Below are positions 47,276 through 57,594 of a stretch of 64,000 nt of DNA, piece after piece. A program made the position numbers and the translations under genes. The stretch comes from Verrucomicrobiota bacterium. GTDB taxonomy: Bacteria; Verrucomicrobiota; Verrucomicrobiia; Limisphaerales; JANNEF01. The DNA lies in the NCBI GenBank assembly GCA_031378375.1, contig JANNEF010000288.1:24186-88185 (forward strand), in the 5' to 3' direction. Each line of letters opens with the position of its first letter. Position 1 is the first letter of the stretch. The notes below the pieces were generated by a model. The model worked only from the letters and a program-made list of their open reading frames with translations. It did not search any database and was not told the origin of the DNA.

Positions 47276-48247
47276 GTGAGTCATCTTGCCCGCGCCCGTG
47301 AAGTGTTCGATGTGGAACTGGCCGCCCTCAAAGCGGTGCGCAGCCGTCTCGACGCGGCGTTCGACCGGGCGGTGGATTTGTTCGTCGCGTCCTTGCGGCA
47401 GCGCGGCAAGATCATCGTCACCGGCATCGGCAAGTCGGGCAACATCGGCGGCAAGATCGCGGCCACTCTCACCAGCACCGGCTCGACCGCCGTGGTGTTG
47501 AACAGCGTGGACGCGCTGCACGGCGACCTCGGCGTGGTGAGCGACGGCGACGTGGTGCTGGCGCTGAGTTACTCCGGCGAGTCGGACGAGTTGCTCAACC
47601 TGCTGCCCGCGTTCAAACGGTTTGCGATCAAACTCGTCGCGCTCACGTCCGCTCCCCGCTCCACTCTGGCCCGGCACAGCGACGCCGTGCTCGACGTGAA
47701 GGTGCCGAAGGAAGCCTGCCCATTCAACCTCGCGCCAACCGCCAGCACCACCGCGATGCTCGTGATGGGCGACGCGCTGGCGATGGCCGTCCTGCAGGCG
47801 CGCGGCTTCAAGCGGCAGGACTTCGCGCGGCATCATCCCTCCGGCGCGATAGGCCGGGCGCTGCTGCTGCGGGTGCGCGACATCATGCGCGCGGACGCCC
47901 GCAACGCCATCGCGGCGGAGACGTTGACCGTGAAGGAGGCACTGCTGGTGATGACCCGTGCGAAGTCCGGCAGCGTCAGCGTCGTCAACGCGCACGGCAA
48001 ACTGGCGGGCGTGTTCACCGACGGCGACCTGCGGCGGCACATGGCGGCCAACAGCGACGTGCTGGCGCTGCCGCTCACGAAAGTAATGACGCGGAACCCG
48101 GTTTGCGTGCGCGACGAGGCGCTGGCGGTGGAGGCGCTGAAGATTTTCAACGAGCGAAACATTGACGACCTGATCGTCGTCAACGCCAGGCGCGAGCCGG
48201 TCGGTCTGGTGGACTCGCAGGACTTGCCGAAACTGAAACTGATGTGA
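47276..48247 (+). CDS. kpsF: Arabinose-5-phosphate isomerase (KpsF/GutQ: SIS + tandem CBS)
   Basis: GTG start chosen inside ORF 46361..48247. GKIIVTGIGKSGNIGGKIAATLTSTG SIS motif, then two CBS domains. Confidence 0.88.
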   Translation: MSHLARAREVFDVELAALKAVRSRLDAAFDRAVDLFVASLRQRGKIIVTGIGKSGNIGGKIAATLTSTGSTAVVLNSVDALHGDLGVVSDGDVVLALSYSGESDELLNLLPAFKRFAIKLVALTSAPRSTLARHSDAVLDVKVPKEACPFNLAPTASTTAMLVMGDALAMAVLQARGFKRQDFARHHPSGAIGRALLLRVRDIMRADARNAIAAETLTVKEALLVMTRAKSGSVSVVNAHGKLAGVFTDGDLRRHMAANSDVLALPLTKVMTRNPVCVRDEALAVEALKIFNERNIDDLIVVNARREPVGLVDSQDLPKLKLM

Positions 48248-48288
48248 ACCACCGCGGCGGCTTGCTGGCCGCCGCCCAATCAAAACTC

Positions 48289-49053
48289 ATGCGAACCAAA
48301 CTCATCGCCCTCGCCGGCGCGCTCGGCCTCGCGGCCCTGCCGGGCTATTCCCAGGATGCCATGCCCAAAACCAACCAGACCGCGCAGGTGCTCGACAAAC
48401 AGATCACCAAACGAATCCAGGCGAAGTATCTCCTGTCGCTGCCCGAGGGTTACGACGCCAAGTCCGCGAAGCGATGGCCGCTGATCCTGTTTCTACATGG
48501 CATCGGCGAGCGCGGCAGCGACCCGTGGAAGGTGAAGGTTCACGGCCCGCCGAAGGTGGCCGGCAAGATGACCAATTTCCCGTTCATCGTCGTCTCGCCG
48601 CAGTGCCCCGATGGCGAATGGTGGTCGGACGACGTCCTGGAAACGCTGCTCGACGAGGCCATCGCCAAACACAACGTGGATGCCAGCCGCGTCTATCTCA
48701 CCGGCCTGAGCATGGGCGGGTTCGGCGCGTTCAGTCTGGCGCTGCGTTCGCCGGAGCGGTTCGCGGCGGTCGCGCCCGTTTGCGGCGGCGGCGATCCGTT
48801 CCGGCCGCACGGCTTCGACAAGAAGCGCAAAGCGGCTTTGCAGTCGCTGCCCTTCTGGGTGTTTCACGGAGACAAGGATGCCTCGGTGGCGCTCGCGGAA
48901 TCGGAGCGCATGGTCGCGGCGTTGAAGAAGCAGGGATGCGACGTGACGTTCACCGTGTATCCCGGCGTGGGCCACGATTCGTGGACGCAGACTTACAACA
49001 ACCCGGAGTTGTACGAGTGGTTTCTCCAGCACGAACGACCGGCGGCGAAGTGA
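48289..49053 (+). CDS. Secreted alpha/beta hydrolase (phospholipase/carboxylesterase family)
   Basis: MRTKLIALAGALGLAALPGYSQ signal peptide. WPLILFLHGIGERG, nucleophile elbow GLSMGG, FHGDKD, GVGHDSW. Confidence 0.85.
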   Translation: MRTKLIALAGALGLAALPGYSQDAMPKTNQTAQVLDKQITKRIQAKYLLSLPEGYDAKSAKRWPLILFLHGIGERGSDPWKVKVHGPPKVAGKMTNFPFIVVSPQCPDGEWWSDDVLETLLDEAIAKHNVDASRVYLTGLSMGGFGAFSLALRSPERFAAVAPVCGGGDPFRPHGFDKKRKAALQSLPFWVFHGDKDASVALAESERMVAALKKQGCDVTFTVYPGVGHDSWTQTYNNPELYEWFLQHERPAAK

Positions 49054-49074
49054 ATGGAGCGCGCGGTGCCGCGG

Positions 49075-50937
49075 TTACTTGCGGACCTTGCCTTCCTTGA
49101 CGAGTCGTTGCAGGCCGGCGTTGGCAGTGACGGTCCATTGCAGGTCGAGCGACTTGCGGTATTGCTCGGCGGCGGCGGCGTAACGACCGGCACGCTGCAA
49201 ATGCCCCGCATACAACATGCGCACATGCGCGGAGTTCGGCTCCCATTCCAACGCCTTCAGATAGAAAGCTTCGGCGGCGCTGAACCGCGCCAGCGTGTCC
49301 AGAATCCAGCCCATGCCCAAAAGCAGGTAGCGGTCTTGCGGAAATAATTCCAGACCCTTCTGAAACGATTCACCGGCGGCCGTCAGCAACGCGCCGCCCA
49401 GCGCGCGGTTGCCGCCGGCTTCGGCGAGCATGGACTGGGCTTCGCCGAGATAGAAATAGAGGTAGGGATTTTTCTTCTCCCACGCGATGGCCTTTTCAGC
49501 GAACGCGACGGACTCGGCGAACTTCTCGTCACGGAGCGCGACGCGGGCGCGTTCGCCGAAGAATTCGCCGGGCAGTTTGAGCACCGACGCCACGAGCAGC
49601 CACAGGGCCAGCGCGGGCAGGGCGAATTGAAACGCGCGCGGCAGCGGGCCGAACTCCTTCACCTCATTCGGGCGTTCCACGCCGGGGTTGGCGAGCACGC
49701 CGAAGACAAACGCCATCACGAGCGTGTTGGCGGGGATGTGCAGGTTGAAATCAAAAATGGAGTGGACCATGTAGGCGGCCACCGCGCTCATCGCGCCGAT
49801 GTTCAACGCCATCGAGTCGCTGCGGATGCGGCCCAACTCCGCCTGCCGCTCGGAGACAAACCATTTGAAGGATCGCCCGCCCGCCCAGAGGTGGCTCACC
49901 AGAAAAAACAGAAACGCCGCCGCGCCGATGACGCCGAATTCGGCCAGCAGTTGCAGATAATCGTTATGGGCATAGACGGGATCGGCGATGATGTGGGGCG
50001 CGCGGTGTTGCCGTCCGTAGTAGAGATAGGTGCCGCTGCCAGTGCCAACGACGGGGCTGGTCTTGAACTGCTGGATCGCCGCCTGCCACAGTTCAATCCG
50101 CGCGTCCTTTTCATCGAACAACCGGCCCGCGCGAGCTTCGAGCGTGCGTTCCTGCGAGATGAGGTAAAAAATCCCCGCGCCGACATGCGCGGCGAGGATG
50201 ACCGCCCCGAGCGTCACCTGCCATGAACGTCCGGGCATTCCCTTGAGAATCGCGATCAGGCTGAACACCGCGAACACCGACAACCCCGCCATCGTGCTCA
50301 GATAACCGCCGCGGCTGCCCGTGATGATGATGCCGCCCAGGCACACCAGCGCGCCATAGCCGACGATGAGTTTGAGCCACAGCTTCCACCGGCTCCAGCA
50401 CGCCAGGCTCAGGCCCATCACCGTGGCGATTTCCAGGAAGCCGGCCATGTGGTTCGGGCAGATGTACAGACCCGTCGCGCGCCGCCCATAGTTCGCCGGT
50501 TGCAGGAAGGAAAACACCAGGAACGTCTCCCCCCGCGCGATTTGAAACGTGCCAATCACGACGTGAACCAGCCCCAACACCAGCAGCGCGGCGACCAGCC
50601 ACAAACGGAACTTGCGCGCCGTGAGATAAAACGCGACCACGAAATAAATCACCAGCGCCGCCAGCACCATGAACAGGTCCGGGCGGGCCAGATAGGCGAC
50701 CGGCGAAAAGAGAATGCGCGCCAGCACATAGCCGAAGAATAATCCGGTGGCCAGCAGGCAGCGCGCGTTGGGCGGTGCCTGCGGCTGGCGAAACGCCAGC
50801 GCACTCAGGATGCCGGCCACCGACAGCAGCGCGTAGGAGGGGAGACTGAAAACCAGCCGCGTGCCCCCAATGAGGAATTCGATCACCACCCACGCGGCGA
50901 TGATCAGTCCGACAAAATAATGATTCCAGTTCGCCAA
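49075..50937 (-). CDS. O-antigen ligase/polymerase-like (Wzy_C) membrane protein with C-terminal TPR repeats
   Basis: About 12 TM helices. ITGSRGGYL and ELWQAAIQQFKTSPVVGTGSGTY...HNDYLQLLAEFGVIG motifs. TPR-like C-terminus. Confidence 0.8.
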   Translation of the reverse strand: MANWNHYFVGLIIAAWVVIEFLIGGTRLVFSLPSYALLSVAGILSALAFRQPQAPPNARCLLATGLFFGYVLARILFSPVAYLARPDLFMVLAALVIYFVVAFYLTARKFRLWLVAALLVLGLVHVVIGTFQIARGETFLVFSFLQPANYGRRATGLYICPNHMAGFLEIATVMGLSLACWSRWKLWLKLIVGYGALVCLGGIIITGSRGGYLSTMAGLSVFAVFSLIAILKGMPGRSWQVTLGAVILAAHVGAGIFYLISQERTLEARAGRLFDEKDARIELWQAAIQQFKTSPVVGTGSGTYLYYGRQHRAPHIIADPVYAHNDYLQLLAEFGVIGAAAFLFFLVSHLWAGGRSFKWFVSERQAELGRIRSDSMALNIGAMSAVAAYMVHSIFDFNLHIPANTLVMAFVFGVLANPGVERPNEVKEFGPLPRAFQFALPALALWLLVASVLKLPGEFFGERARVALRDEKFAESVAFAEKAIAWEKKNPYLYFYLGEAQSMLAEAGGNRALGGALLTAAGESFQKGLELFPQDRYLLLGMGWILDTLARFSAAEAFYLKALEWEPNSAHVRMLYAGHLQRAGRYAAAAEQYRKSLDLQWTVTANAGLQRLVKEGKVRK

Positions 50938-50988
50938 GCGTAGGGGTGGAAGCGGCCCGGTCGGGCGCTTACTTCCAGTTACAACGTA

Positions 50989-53010
50989 TTACTCTTCTGT
51001 GCTGGTCAGCTTCGCCAGCACACTGAAGTCTTCCAGCGTCGTGGTGTCGCCTTTGATCTCCGTGCCGGCGGCGACCTGTTTGAGCAGGCGGCGCATGATT
51101 TTCCCGGAGCGCGTCTTGGGCAGCATCTCGGCGAAGCGGATGTCATCAGGCTTGGCCACGGGGCCGATTTCCTTGGCGACGTGGCGGCGCAGCGCTTCGC
51201 GCAATTCCGAACTCGCCTGGATGCCGGTCTTGAGCGTGACGAACGCCACGAGCGCCTGCCCCTTCAACTCATCCGGGCGGCCCACCACGGCGGCTTCGGC
51301 CACGTTCGGATTGCTTACCAGCGCGCTCTCCACTTCCGCCGTGCCGATGCGGTGACCGGCCACGTTCAGCACGTCGTCAATGCGGCCCACGATCCAGAAG
51401 TATCCGTCCTTGTCCTGGCGGCACCCGTCGCCGGTGAAGTAACTGCCGGGCACTTCGCTCCAGTAAACTTCCTTGTATCGCTGCGGGTCGCCCCAGATGC
51501 CGCGCAACATGCCCGGCCACGGCTTGCGGATGACCAGCTTGCCGCCGCAATTCTTCGGCACGGGTTTGCCATTGTCGTCCACGACTTCCGGCAGCACGCC
51601 AAAGAACGGCAGCGTGGCGGTGCCGGGTTTTGTCGGCGTCGCGCCGGGCAACGGCGTGATCATCATCGCGCCGGTCTCGGTCTGCCACCAGGTGTCCACG
51701 ATGGGACAGTGTTTGCCCCCGATAACTTCGTGATACCACATCCACGCCTCCGGATTGATTGGCTCGCCCACGGTGCCCAGCAGGCGCAGCGAGCGCAGGT
51801 CGTGCTTCTCCGGCCATTGCACGCCCCACTTCATGAACGCGCGAATCGCCGTCGGTGCGGTGTAAAGAATCGTCACGCCGTATTTCGCCACGATGCGCCA
51901 GAAGCGGTCCGGCTCCGGCCAGTTCGGCGCGCCCTCATACATCACGCTGGTGGCGCCGTTGACCAGCGGGCCATACACCACGTAGCTGTGGCCCGTGACC
52001 CAACCGACGTCGGCGGTACACCAGTAAACATCCGTGGGGCGCAAATCGAAGACGTGTTTCGTCGTCAGCGTCGCCATGAGCAGGTAACCGCCCGTGGTGT
52101 GGAGGATGCCCTTGGGTTTGCCGGTCGAACCGCTCGTGTAGAGGATGAAGAGCGGCGCTTCGCTGTCCATCTTCTCCGCCGGACAATCCGCCGTGACGTG
52201 TTGCAACTCGCGGTGCCACCACACGTCGCGTCCTGCGGTGATCTGAATCTCGTTACACGCGCGGCGCAGGACGACGACTTTCTCGATGGTCTTCGCCAGC
52301 AACTCCCCGCCGGCGTCCTTGATCACGAGCGCGTCGTCCACGTTCTTCTTCAACTGCACCACCGCGCCGCGGCGAAACCCGCCATCCGCCGTGATGACCA
52401 TCTTCGCCTGGCAATCGTGGATCCGATCCGCCACCGACTGCGCGCTGTAGCCGCCGAACACCACCGAATGCACCGCGCCGATGCGCGTGCAGGCGAGCAT
52501 CGCAATGGCCGCCTCCGGCACCATCGGCAGATAGATGATGACGCGGTCGCCGCGCTTGATGCCGTTTCGCTTGAGCACATTGGCGAAGCGGCAGACCTCG
52601 TGATGCAACTGCCGGTAAGTCAGCACGCGCTCCTCGCCCGTCTGGCCGTCACCCGCCGGCTCGCCCTCCCAGATCAACGCGGCCTGGTTGGCCGTGGCGG
52701 TGCCGAGATGCCGGTCCAGACAGTTGTAACTGACGTTGAGCTGGCCGCCGACGAACCACTTGGCGAACGGCGTCTTCCACTGCAAAACTTTCTTCCACGG
52801 CTTGAACCACACCAGTTCGTTCTTCGCCATGCGGCCCCAGAATTTTTCCGGCGACTGGATGGACTCGCGATAGAGCTTCCGATACTCGGCCATCGTCTTG
52901 ATGTGCGCGCCACGGGAAAACTCCTTCGACGGCGCGAAGACGCGATGCTCCTGCATCACGCTGGTGATGTTCACTGAGGCGGTGGCGGGCTGCTTTGTTT
53001 TCGTGCTCAT
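50989..53010 (-). CDS. acs: Acetyl-CoA synthetase
   Basis: 673 aa. [36 protein letters not shown]. Confidence 0.97.
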   Translation of the reverse strand: MSTKTKQPATASVNITSVMQEHRVFAPSKEFSRGAHIKTMAEYRKLYRESIQSPEKFWGRMAKNELVWFKPWKKVLQWKTPFAKWFVGGQLNVSYNCLDRHLGTATANQAALIWEGEPAGDGQTGEERVLTYRQLHHEVCRFANVLKRNGIKRGDRVIIYLPMVPEAAIAMLACTRIGAVHSVVFGGYSAQSVADRIHDCQAKMVITADGGFRRGAVVQLKKNVDDALVIKDAGGELLAKTIEKVVVLRRACNEIQITAGRDVWWHRELQHVTADCPAEKMDSEAPLFILYTSGSTGKPKGILHTTGGYLLMATLTTKHVFDLRPTDVYWCTADVGWVTGHSYVVYGPLVNGATSVMYEGAPNWPEPDRFWRIVAKYGVTILYTAPTAIRAFMKWGVQWPEKHDLRSLRLLGTVGEPINPEAWMWYHEVIGGKHCPIVDTWWQTETGAMMITPLPGATPTKPGTATLPFFGVLPEVVDDNGKPVPKNCGGKLVIRKPWPGMLRGIWGDPQRYKEVYWSEVPGSYFTGDGCRQDKDGYFWIVGRIDDVLNVAGHRIGTAEVESALVSNPNVAEAAVVGRPDELKGQALVAFVTLKTGIQASSELREALRRHVAKEIGPVAKPDDIRFAEMLPKTRSGKIMRRLLKQVAAGTEIKGDTTTLEDFSVLAKLTSTEE

Positions 53011-53039
53011 CGGATTAGATTAGCGGCGCATTGTAAGGA

Positions 53040-53400
53040 CGCGTGGAGGCGCGTCAAGGATCACGCGGACTTTCGGCGGGTCGTGCCGCGCGGAGCGTGG
53101 GGAGCGCGGGCCTCCGGCCCGCTTTGACCGTCCGCCAGCCGATGCGGGAAGCATACCCGGCGGTGCGCGGATGTTCCACGCCCAAAGCGGGCTGGAAGCC
53201 CGCGCTCCGTTTGGAGTGCGGAGACTGGTCTCCGCTTTTCCGGCGGCGCGGCGCAGAACGGGCGCGGGCCTCGTTGGGTGTACGGCGCGTCCTTCCAAAA
53301 GCACCGACGAGTCGGCGCACTCCGTACGCTCCGCGCGGTGCGGGCGCGGCAAATGCATTGACGCGTGATACCGCGCGGAGCATTGGGCGGGCGGAGTCGG
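53040..53400. repeat. Cluster of GC-rich REP-like hairpins upstream of acs
   Basis: For example gcgggc-tggaa-gcccgc (53187-53203) and gcggagac-tg-gtctccgc (53218-53235), plus repeated gctccgcgcggtgcg / ataccgcgcggagc. Shares the 12-mer cacgcggacttt with the palindrome at 10310-10321. Confidence 0.6.
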
Positions 53401-53435
53401 GTCTTCGCGGTTCCCGCCGTGCCGCACGCGGACGA

Positions 53436-53845
53436 TTCCATGTGGATCGGAGCCGCTTCCGCGTGGATCGGCGGCGGTTCCACGAGGATCGCCACCGCTT
53501 CCATGTGGATCGCGGACGGTTCCGTGTGGATCGGAGGCGTTTCCCCGGTGTAAATGGACACTTCCCCATGTTTTTGGACACTTCCCCGGTATTTGGGCGC
53601 GTTTCCCCTGCAAGTGCGGACCATTCCCCGGAGGAATCGGCGGGTTTTGTCGGGGAATCAGCGCTAGATCACGGGGAAATGCCCTTCGATCACGGGGAAT
53701 CACTGCCAAAACACGGGGAAGTGTCCACCGATCACGGGGAAGTGGACACTGGTGAGACAGTCGCGGCGAAAATACACGGGGAATCGGAAATTATACACGG
53801 GGAAACGGCGATCGCACGCGGGAAACCGGTGGCGACACACGGGCG
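53436..53845. repeat. Mirror-symmetric array of about 20 phased 21-bp repeats (TTCC[CC] core forward x10, GG[GG]AA core reverse x about 10)
   Basis: TTCC at 53436, 457, 478, 499, 520, 541, 562, 582, 603, 624. GGAA at 53633, 654, 675, 696, 717, 738, (759 degenerate), 780, 801, 821. Left units ttccNNgtggatcgg; right units gatcacggggaa, the reverse complement of ttccccgtgatc. Symmetry centre at ttccccggaggaa, about 53630. Confidence 0.85.
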
Positions 53846-54012
53846 GTGTCCCGCGATCAGGCAGTGGTGTTCCGAAATGCGACAGTCGCGGGCGCGGGCG
53901 CGGTGGAAATTCGGCCACACCTTGCAAAAGGCCGGAGTGCTCCCGTTCGGCAGGCAGCATTCGAGATGGACAGGGCGCGGCCAAATCTGCTTTCTACCAC
54001 CAAAACCATCCC

Positions 54013-55500
54013 ATGAAATATATTCTGGCCCTGGACCAGGGCACCACCAGTTCGCGCGCCATCATCTTTGATCACGCCGGCGCGATCCAAGCCGTCGCGC
54101 AAAAAGAATTCCCGCAACTCTTTCCCCAGCCCGGCTGGGTCGAACATCACCCCGCCGACATCTGGAACAGCCAGTGGCAGGTGGCCAGACAAGCACTCGC
54201 CCGCGCGCGGCTCACCGCCCGCGACCTCGCGGCCATCGGCATCACCAACCAGCGCGAGACCACGCTCGTGTGGGATCGCGACACCGGAAAGCCGCTCGGC
54301 AACGCCATCGTGTGGCAGGACCGCCGCACCGCCGCGATGTGCGACCGCCTGAAAGCGCGCGGCCTGGAACAGGTCATCCGCCGCAAGACCGGCCTCGTGC
54401 TCGACGCGTATTTCTCGGCGACAAAGCTCCAATGGATTCTTCAACACGTCAAAGGCGCGCGGGAAAAGGCCCGCACCGGCGCGCTTGCCTTCGGCACAGT
54501 GGACTCGTGGCTCGTCTGGAACCTCACCGGCGGCAAGCAGCACGTCACCGACGTGAGCAACGCCTCGCGTACCATGCTGTTCAACATTCGCACGGGCGAT
54601 TGGGACGATGAGTTGCTCGCGCTCTTCGACGTGCCGCGTTCGGTGCTGCCCGAGGTGCGTTCCTCCAGCGAGGTCTATGGCGAGACTTCACTGTTCGGCC
54701 AGCCGGTGCCGATTGCCGGCATCGCGGGCGACCAGCAGGCCGCGCTGTTTGGCCAGGTCTGCACGCGGCCCGGCATGGTCAAGAACACGTACGGCACCGG
54801 CTGTTTCATGCTCATGAACACCGGCGCGAAACCCATTGCGTCAAAGAATAATCTGCTCACCACGGTCGCGTGGCGCATCGGCGACCGCACGGAGTACGCG
54901 CTCGAAGGCAGCATCTTCATCGCGGGCGCGGTCGTGCAATGGCTGCGCGACGGACTGGGCATCATCAAGCATTCCCGCGACATCGAGACGCTCGCGGCGC
55001 GGGTGCCGGACACCGGCGGCGTGTATCTCGTGCCCGCGTTTGCCGGACTCGGAGCGCCGCATTGGGATCAATACGCGCGCGGCCTCCTCGCCGGAATCAC
55101 GCGCGGCACCACCGCCGCGCACATCGCCCGCGCCGCACTCGAAGGCATCGCCCTTCAGGTGATGGATGTGTTGCACGCGATGGAGGCCGACGCGGGCATC
55201 CGCCTGAAGGAATTGCGCGTGGACGGCGGCGCGTGCGCGAACAATCTGCTGATGCAATTCCAGTCCGACCTGCTGGACGTGCCGGTGGTGCGCCCGCAGG
55301 TGTCCGAGACGACGGCGCTGGGCGCGGCTTATCTCGCGGGACTCGCGGTGGGTTTTTGGAAGAACCGGTCCGAAATCGCCGCGCAATGGCGGGCCGACCG
55401 CCGCTTCACACCGGCGATGAAGCCGGCGATCCGGAAGACGATTTGCGCCGGGTGGGCGAAGGCGCTCGCGCGGGCCAAGTCGTGGGAACAGCCTGATTGA
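54013..55500 (+). CDS. glpK: Glycerol kinase
   Basis: Start chosen at [20 protein letters not shown] inside ORF 53752..55500. Canonical FGGY kinase motifs ([19 protein letters not shown]). Confidence 0.97.
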   Translation: MKYILALDQGTTSSRAIIFDHAGAIQAVAQKEFPQLFPQPGWVEHHPADIWNSQWQVARQALARARLTARDLAAIGITNQRETTLVWDRDTGKPLGNAIVWQDRRTAAMCDRLKARGLEQVIRRKTGLVLDAYFSATKLQWILQHVKGAREKARTGALAFGTVDSWLVWNLTGGKQHVTDVSNASRTMLFNIRTGDWDDELLALFDVPRSVLPEVRSSSEVYGETSLFGQPVPIAGIAGDQQAALFGQVCTRPGMVKNTYGTGCFMLMNTGAKPIASKNNLLTTVAWRIGDRTEYALEGSIFIAGAVVQWLRDGLGIIKHSRDIETLAARVPDTGGVYLVPAFAGLGAPHWDQYARGLLAGITRGTTAAHIARAALEGIALQVMDVLHAMEADAGIRLKELRVDGGACANNLLMQFQSDLLDVPVVRPQVSETTALGAAYLAGLAVGFWKNRSEIAAQWRADRRFTPAMKPAIRKTICAGWAKALARAKSWEQPD

Positions 55501-55542
55501 GCGAGCGGGGGAGTGGTTTGAACTACCGCCGTTCGGCGATCC

Positions 55543-56865
55543 TCATTCATGCCGCAGTGCCTCCACGGGGTCCATGTTCGCCGCGCGGATGGCCGGATAC
55601 AGTCCGAACACGATTCCCACCAACCCGGAGATGGTGAACGCCAGCAGGGGCGACCAGAAGGTCACGATGGTCAGCATGTCCGCGAAGTGCGTGACGAGAA
55701 ACGGAATCCCCACGCCCAGCGCCACGCCGATGAGGCCGCCCGCGCCGGAGAGCATCACCGCCTCGACCACGAATTGCGTGATGATGTCGCGGCGACGGGC
55801 GCCCAGCGCGCGGCGGATGCCGATCTCGCGCGTGCGCTCGGTGACGTTGGCGAGCATGATGTTCATGATGCCGATGCCGCCGACGAGCAGCGAGATGGCG
55901 GCGATGGAACCGAGCACGATGTTGAAGATTTGCTTGGTGCGTTCGGCGCGCTTGAGCAGTTCGAGCGGCACGATGATGTCGAAATCCTGTTTCTTGTGGT
56001 TGCGGTCGAGCACGTCCTTGATCGCGAGCGAAATGTCCACGACGGCGGCGGGGTCGTGGACTTTGACGGTGACTTCGTGCAGCGCGACTTTCTCGGCCTC
56101 GAAACTGCCGCTGCGTTGCTTGACGAGAATTTCACCGTAGCGGGTGCGCGCGGTGGACAGGGGAATGAACATGCGGTTGGCGGGCGGCGCGGCGACGCCC
56201 TGCGTGTCGTCGGTCTTGGAATTTTTCACCAGCGGTTCCATGACGCCGATGACGCGGTAGTAGGCGCTGCCCACGCGCACGTCGCGGCCCAGCGGCACTT
56301 CGAGCGGGAAAAGTTTGGCGGCCATCTCCGCGCCGAGCACGCAGACGTTGACGGCGCGCTCCATCTCGCGCTCGGTGAAGAACCGGCCGGTGGCCACGCG
56401 CTGGTTGCGCATCTGCGGATACCACGGCACGGTGGCCAACACTTCGCAGTCCGCGCGGCGGCTGATGTGCCAGACGTATTCGCGCAGGACGCGGCCCGGC
56501 ACGACGACGGTCACGCCGGGGATGGTGGCCTTGATGCGTTTGATGTCGGCGTATTGCAGTCCGTAGTCGAGGATGCGGTCGCCCGGACTGGCGGAGATTT
56601 TCTGGTCGTCGGGTGGTTTGACGCTGCGGAGGATGATGTTCTGGCTGCCGAGATTCTTGATCTGTTCCTGCGCCTCGAAGCTCGCGCCCTCGCCGATGGC
56701 CAGCATCGCGATGACGGAACAAACCCCGAACACGATGCCCAGCACCGTGAGCAGTGAGCGCAGACGGTGCAGCCAGAGGCTTTTGACGCCGAGGCGGAAG
56801 GATCGCTTGATCCGGGAAAAGGCCAGGCCGCTGCCGGAGGATGGAGGCGTGGAAGGAGGGTTCAT
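55543..56865 (-). CDS. ABC transporter permease, MacB/FtsX type
   Basis: N-terminal TM helix, large periplasmic MacB_PCD-like domain, then C-terminal FtsX 3-TM bundle (TREIGIRRALGARRRDI). Confidence 0.88.
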   Translation of the reverse strand: MNPPSTPPSSGSGLAFSRIKRSFRLGVKSLWLHRLRSLLTVLGIVFGVCSVIAMLAIGEGASFEAQEQIKNLGSQNIILRSVKPPDDQKISASPGDRILDYGLQYADIKRIKATIPGVTVVVPGRVLREYVWHISRRADCEVLATVPWYPQMRNQRVATGRFFTEREMERAVNVCVLGAEMAAKLFPLEVPLGRDVRVGSAYYRVIGVMEPLVKNSKTDDTQGVAAPPANRMFIPLSTARTRYGEILVKQRSGSFEAEKVALHEVTVKVHDPAAVVDISLAIKDVLDRNHKKQDFDIIVPLELLKRAERTKQIFNIVLGSIAAISLLVGGIGIMNIMLANVTERTREIGIRRALGARRRDIITQFVVEAVMLSGAGGLIGVALGVGIPFLVTHFADMLTIVTFWSPLLAFTISGLVGIVFGLYPAIRAANMDPVEALRHE

Positions 56866-56866
56866 C

Positions 56867-57559
56867 CTAGTTCCGCTTCACGTCGCTTTCCACGACGCCG
56901 TCGCGCAGGCGGATGGCCCGGCGGGTGCGCTGACCGATGTGCTCGTCATGCGTGACCATGATGATGGTCTTGCCCTGCTGGTGCAGTTCGTCGAAGAGTT
57001 TCAGGATGTCCGCGCCGGAGGTGGAGTCGAGGTTGCCGGTGGGTTCATCGGCGAGGATGACCAGCGGATCGTTCACCAGCGCGCGGGCGATCGCCACCCG
57101 TTGCTGCTGGCCGCCGGAGAGTTCGTAAGGCTTGTGGTCGAGACGCTTTTCCAGTCCGACGCGCGCGGCCAGTTTCGTCGCCATGGCGCGGCTCTCCGCC
57201 TCGGGCCAGCCCAGGTAGTAAAGCGGGATTTCGATGTTCTCCACCACGGAGAGTTGCTGGATGAGATTGTAGGATTGGAAAATGAAACCCAGCCGGCTCC
57301 CGCGCACCATCGAGAGCGCGTCGTCATCCATCTGCGACACGTCCTGTTCGCCGAGCCAGTAACGCCCGGTCGTGGGCCGGTCGAGACAGCCGAGCAAGTT
57401 CAGCAGCGTGGATTTACCACAGCCCGACGGTCCCATGATGCTGATGTACTCGCCTTGATGGATATCCAGCGTCAAGCCGCGCAACGCTTCCACGATGACG
57501 AGGCCCATCTGGTAGGTCTTGCGGACGTTGTCGAGTCGGGCGATGGGGGCGGCGGGCAT
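56867..57559 (-). CDS. ABC transporter ATP-binding protein (MacB/LolD-like)
   Basis: Walker [10 protein letters not shown], signature [15 protein letters not shown], Walker [12 protein letters not shown]. Confidence 0.95.
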   Translation of the reverse strand: MPAAPIARLDNVRKTYQMGLVIVEALRGLTLDIHQGEYISIMGPSGCGKSTLLNLLGCLDRPTTGRYWLGEQDVSQMDDDALSMVRGSRLGFIFQSYNLIQQLSVVENIEIPLYYLGWPEAESRAMATKLAARVGLEKRLDHKPYELSGGQQQRVAIARALVNDPLVILADEPTGNLDSTSGADILKLFDELHQQGKTIIMVTHDEHIGQRTRRAIRLRDGVVESDVKRN

Positions 57560-57594
57560 TGAGTCACTCGCGTTCTCTGGGGGCAGTTTGAGGA

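Noticed and set aside
47156-48283. N-terminal 376 aa of the 761-aa minus-strand ORF 45998..48283.
   Set aside because: This part is antisense to the well-supported kpsF gene and has junk-like composition. The real protein starts at the signal peptide MFRNYF... (47155).
51181-52977. 598-aa ORF antisense to acs.
   Set aside because: Antisense shadow ORF; acs is unambiguous on the other strand.
53436-53845. CRISPR array interpretation of the 21-bp repeats.
   Set aside because: The variable parts are only 7-9 nt. The units switch orientation halfway, the repeats are degenerate, and there are no cas genes in the window.
53020-54071. ORFs on both strands across the acs-glpK spacer that translate as heptad repeats (RFHVDRS RFRVDRR ... 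/ DPHGTVR DPHGSGG ...).
   Set aside because: Their openness follows from the 21-bp DNA repeat (7 codons) lacking stop-forming words. Both strands are open, there is no start or RBS context, and the block is palindromic. I treat it as non-coding, but translation is listed as a refutation test.
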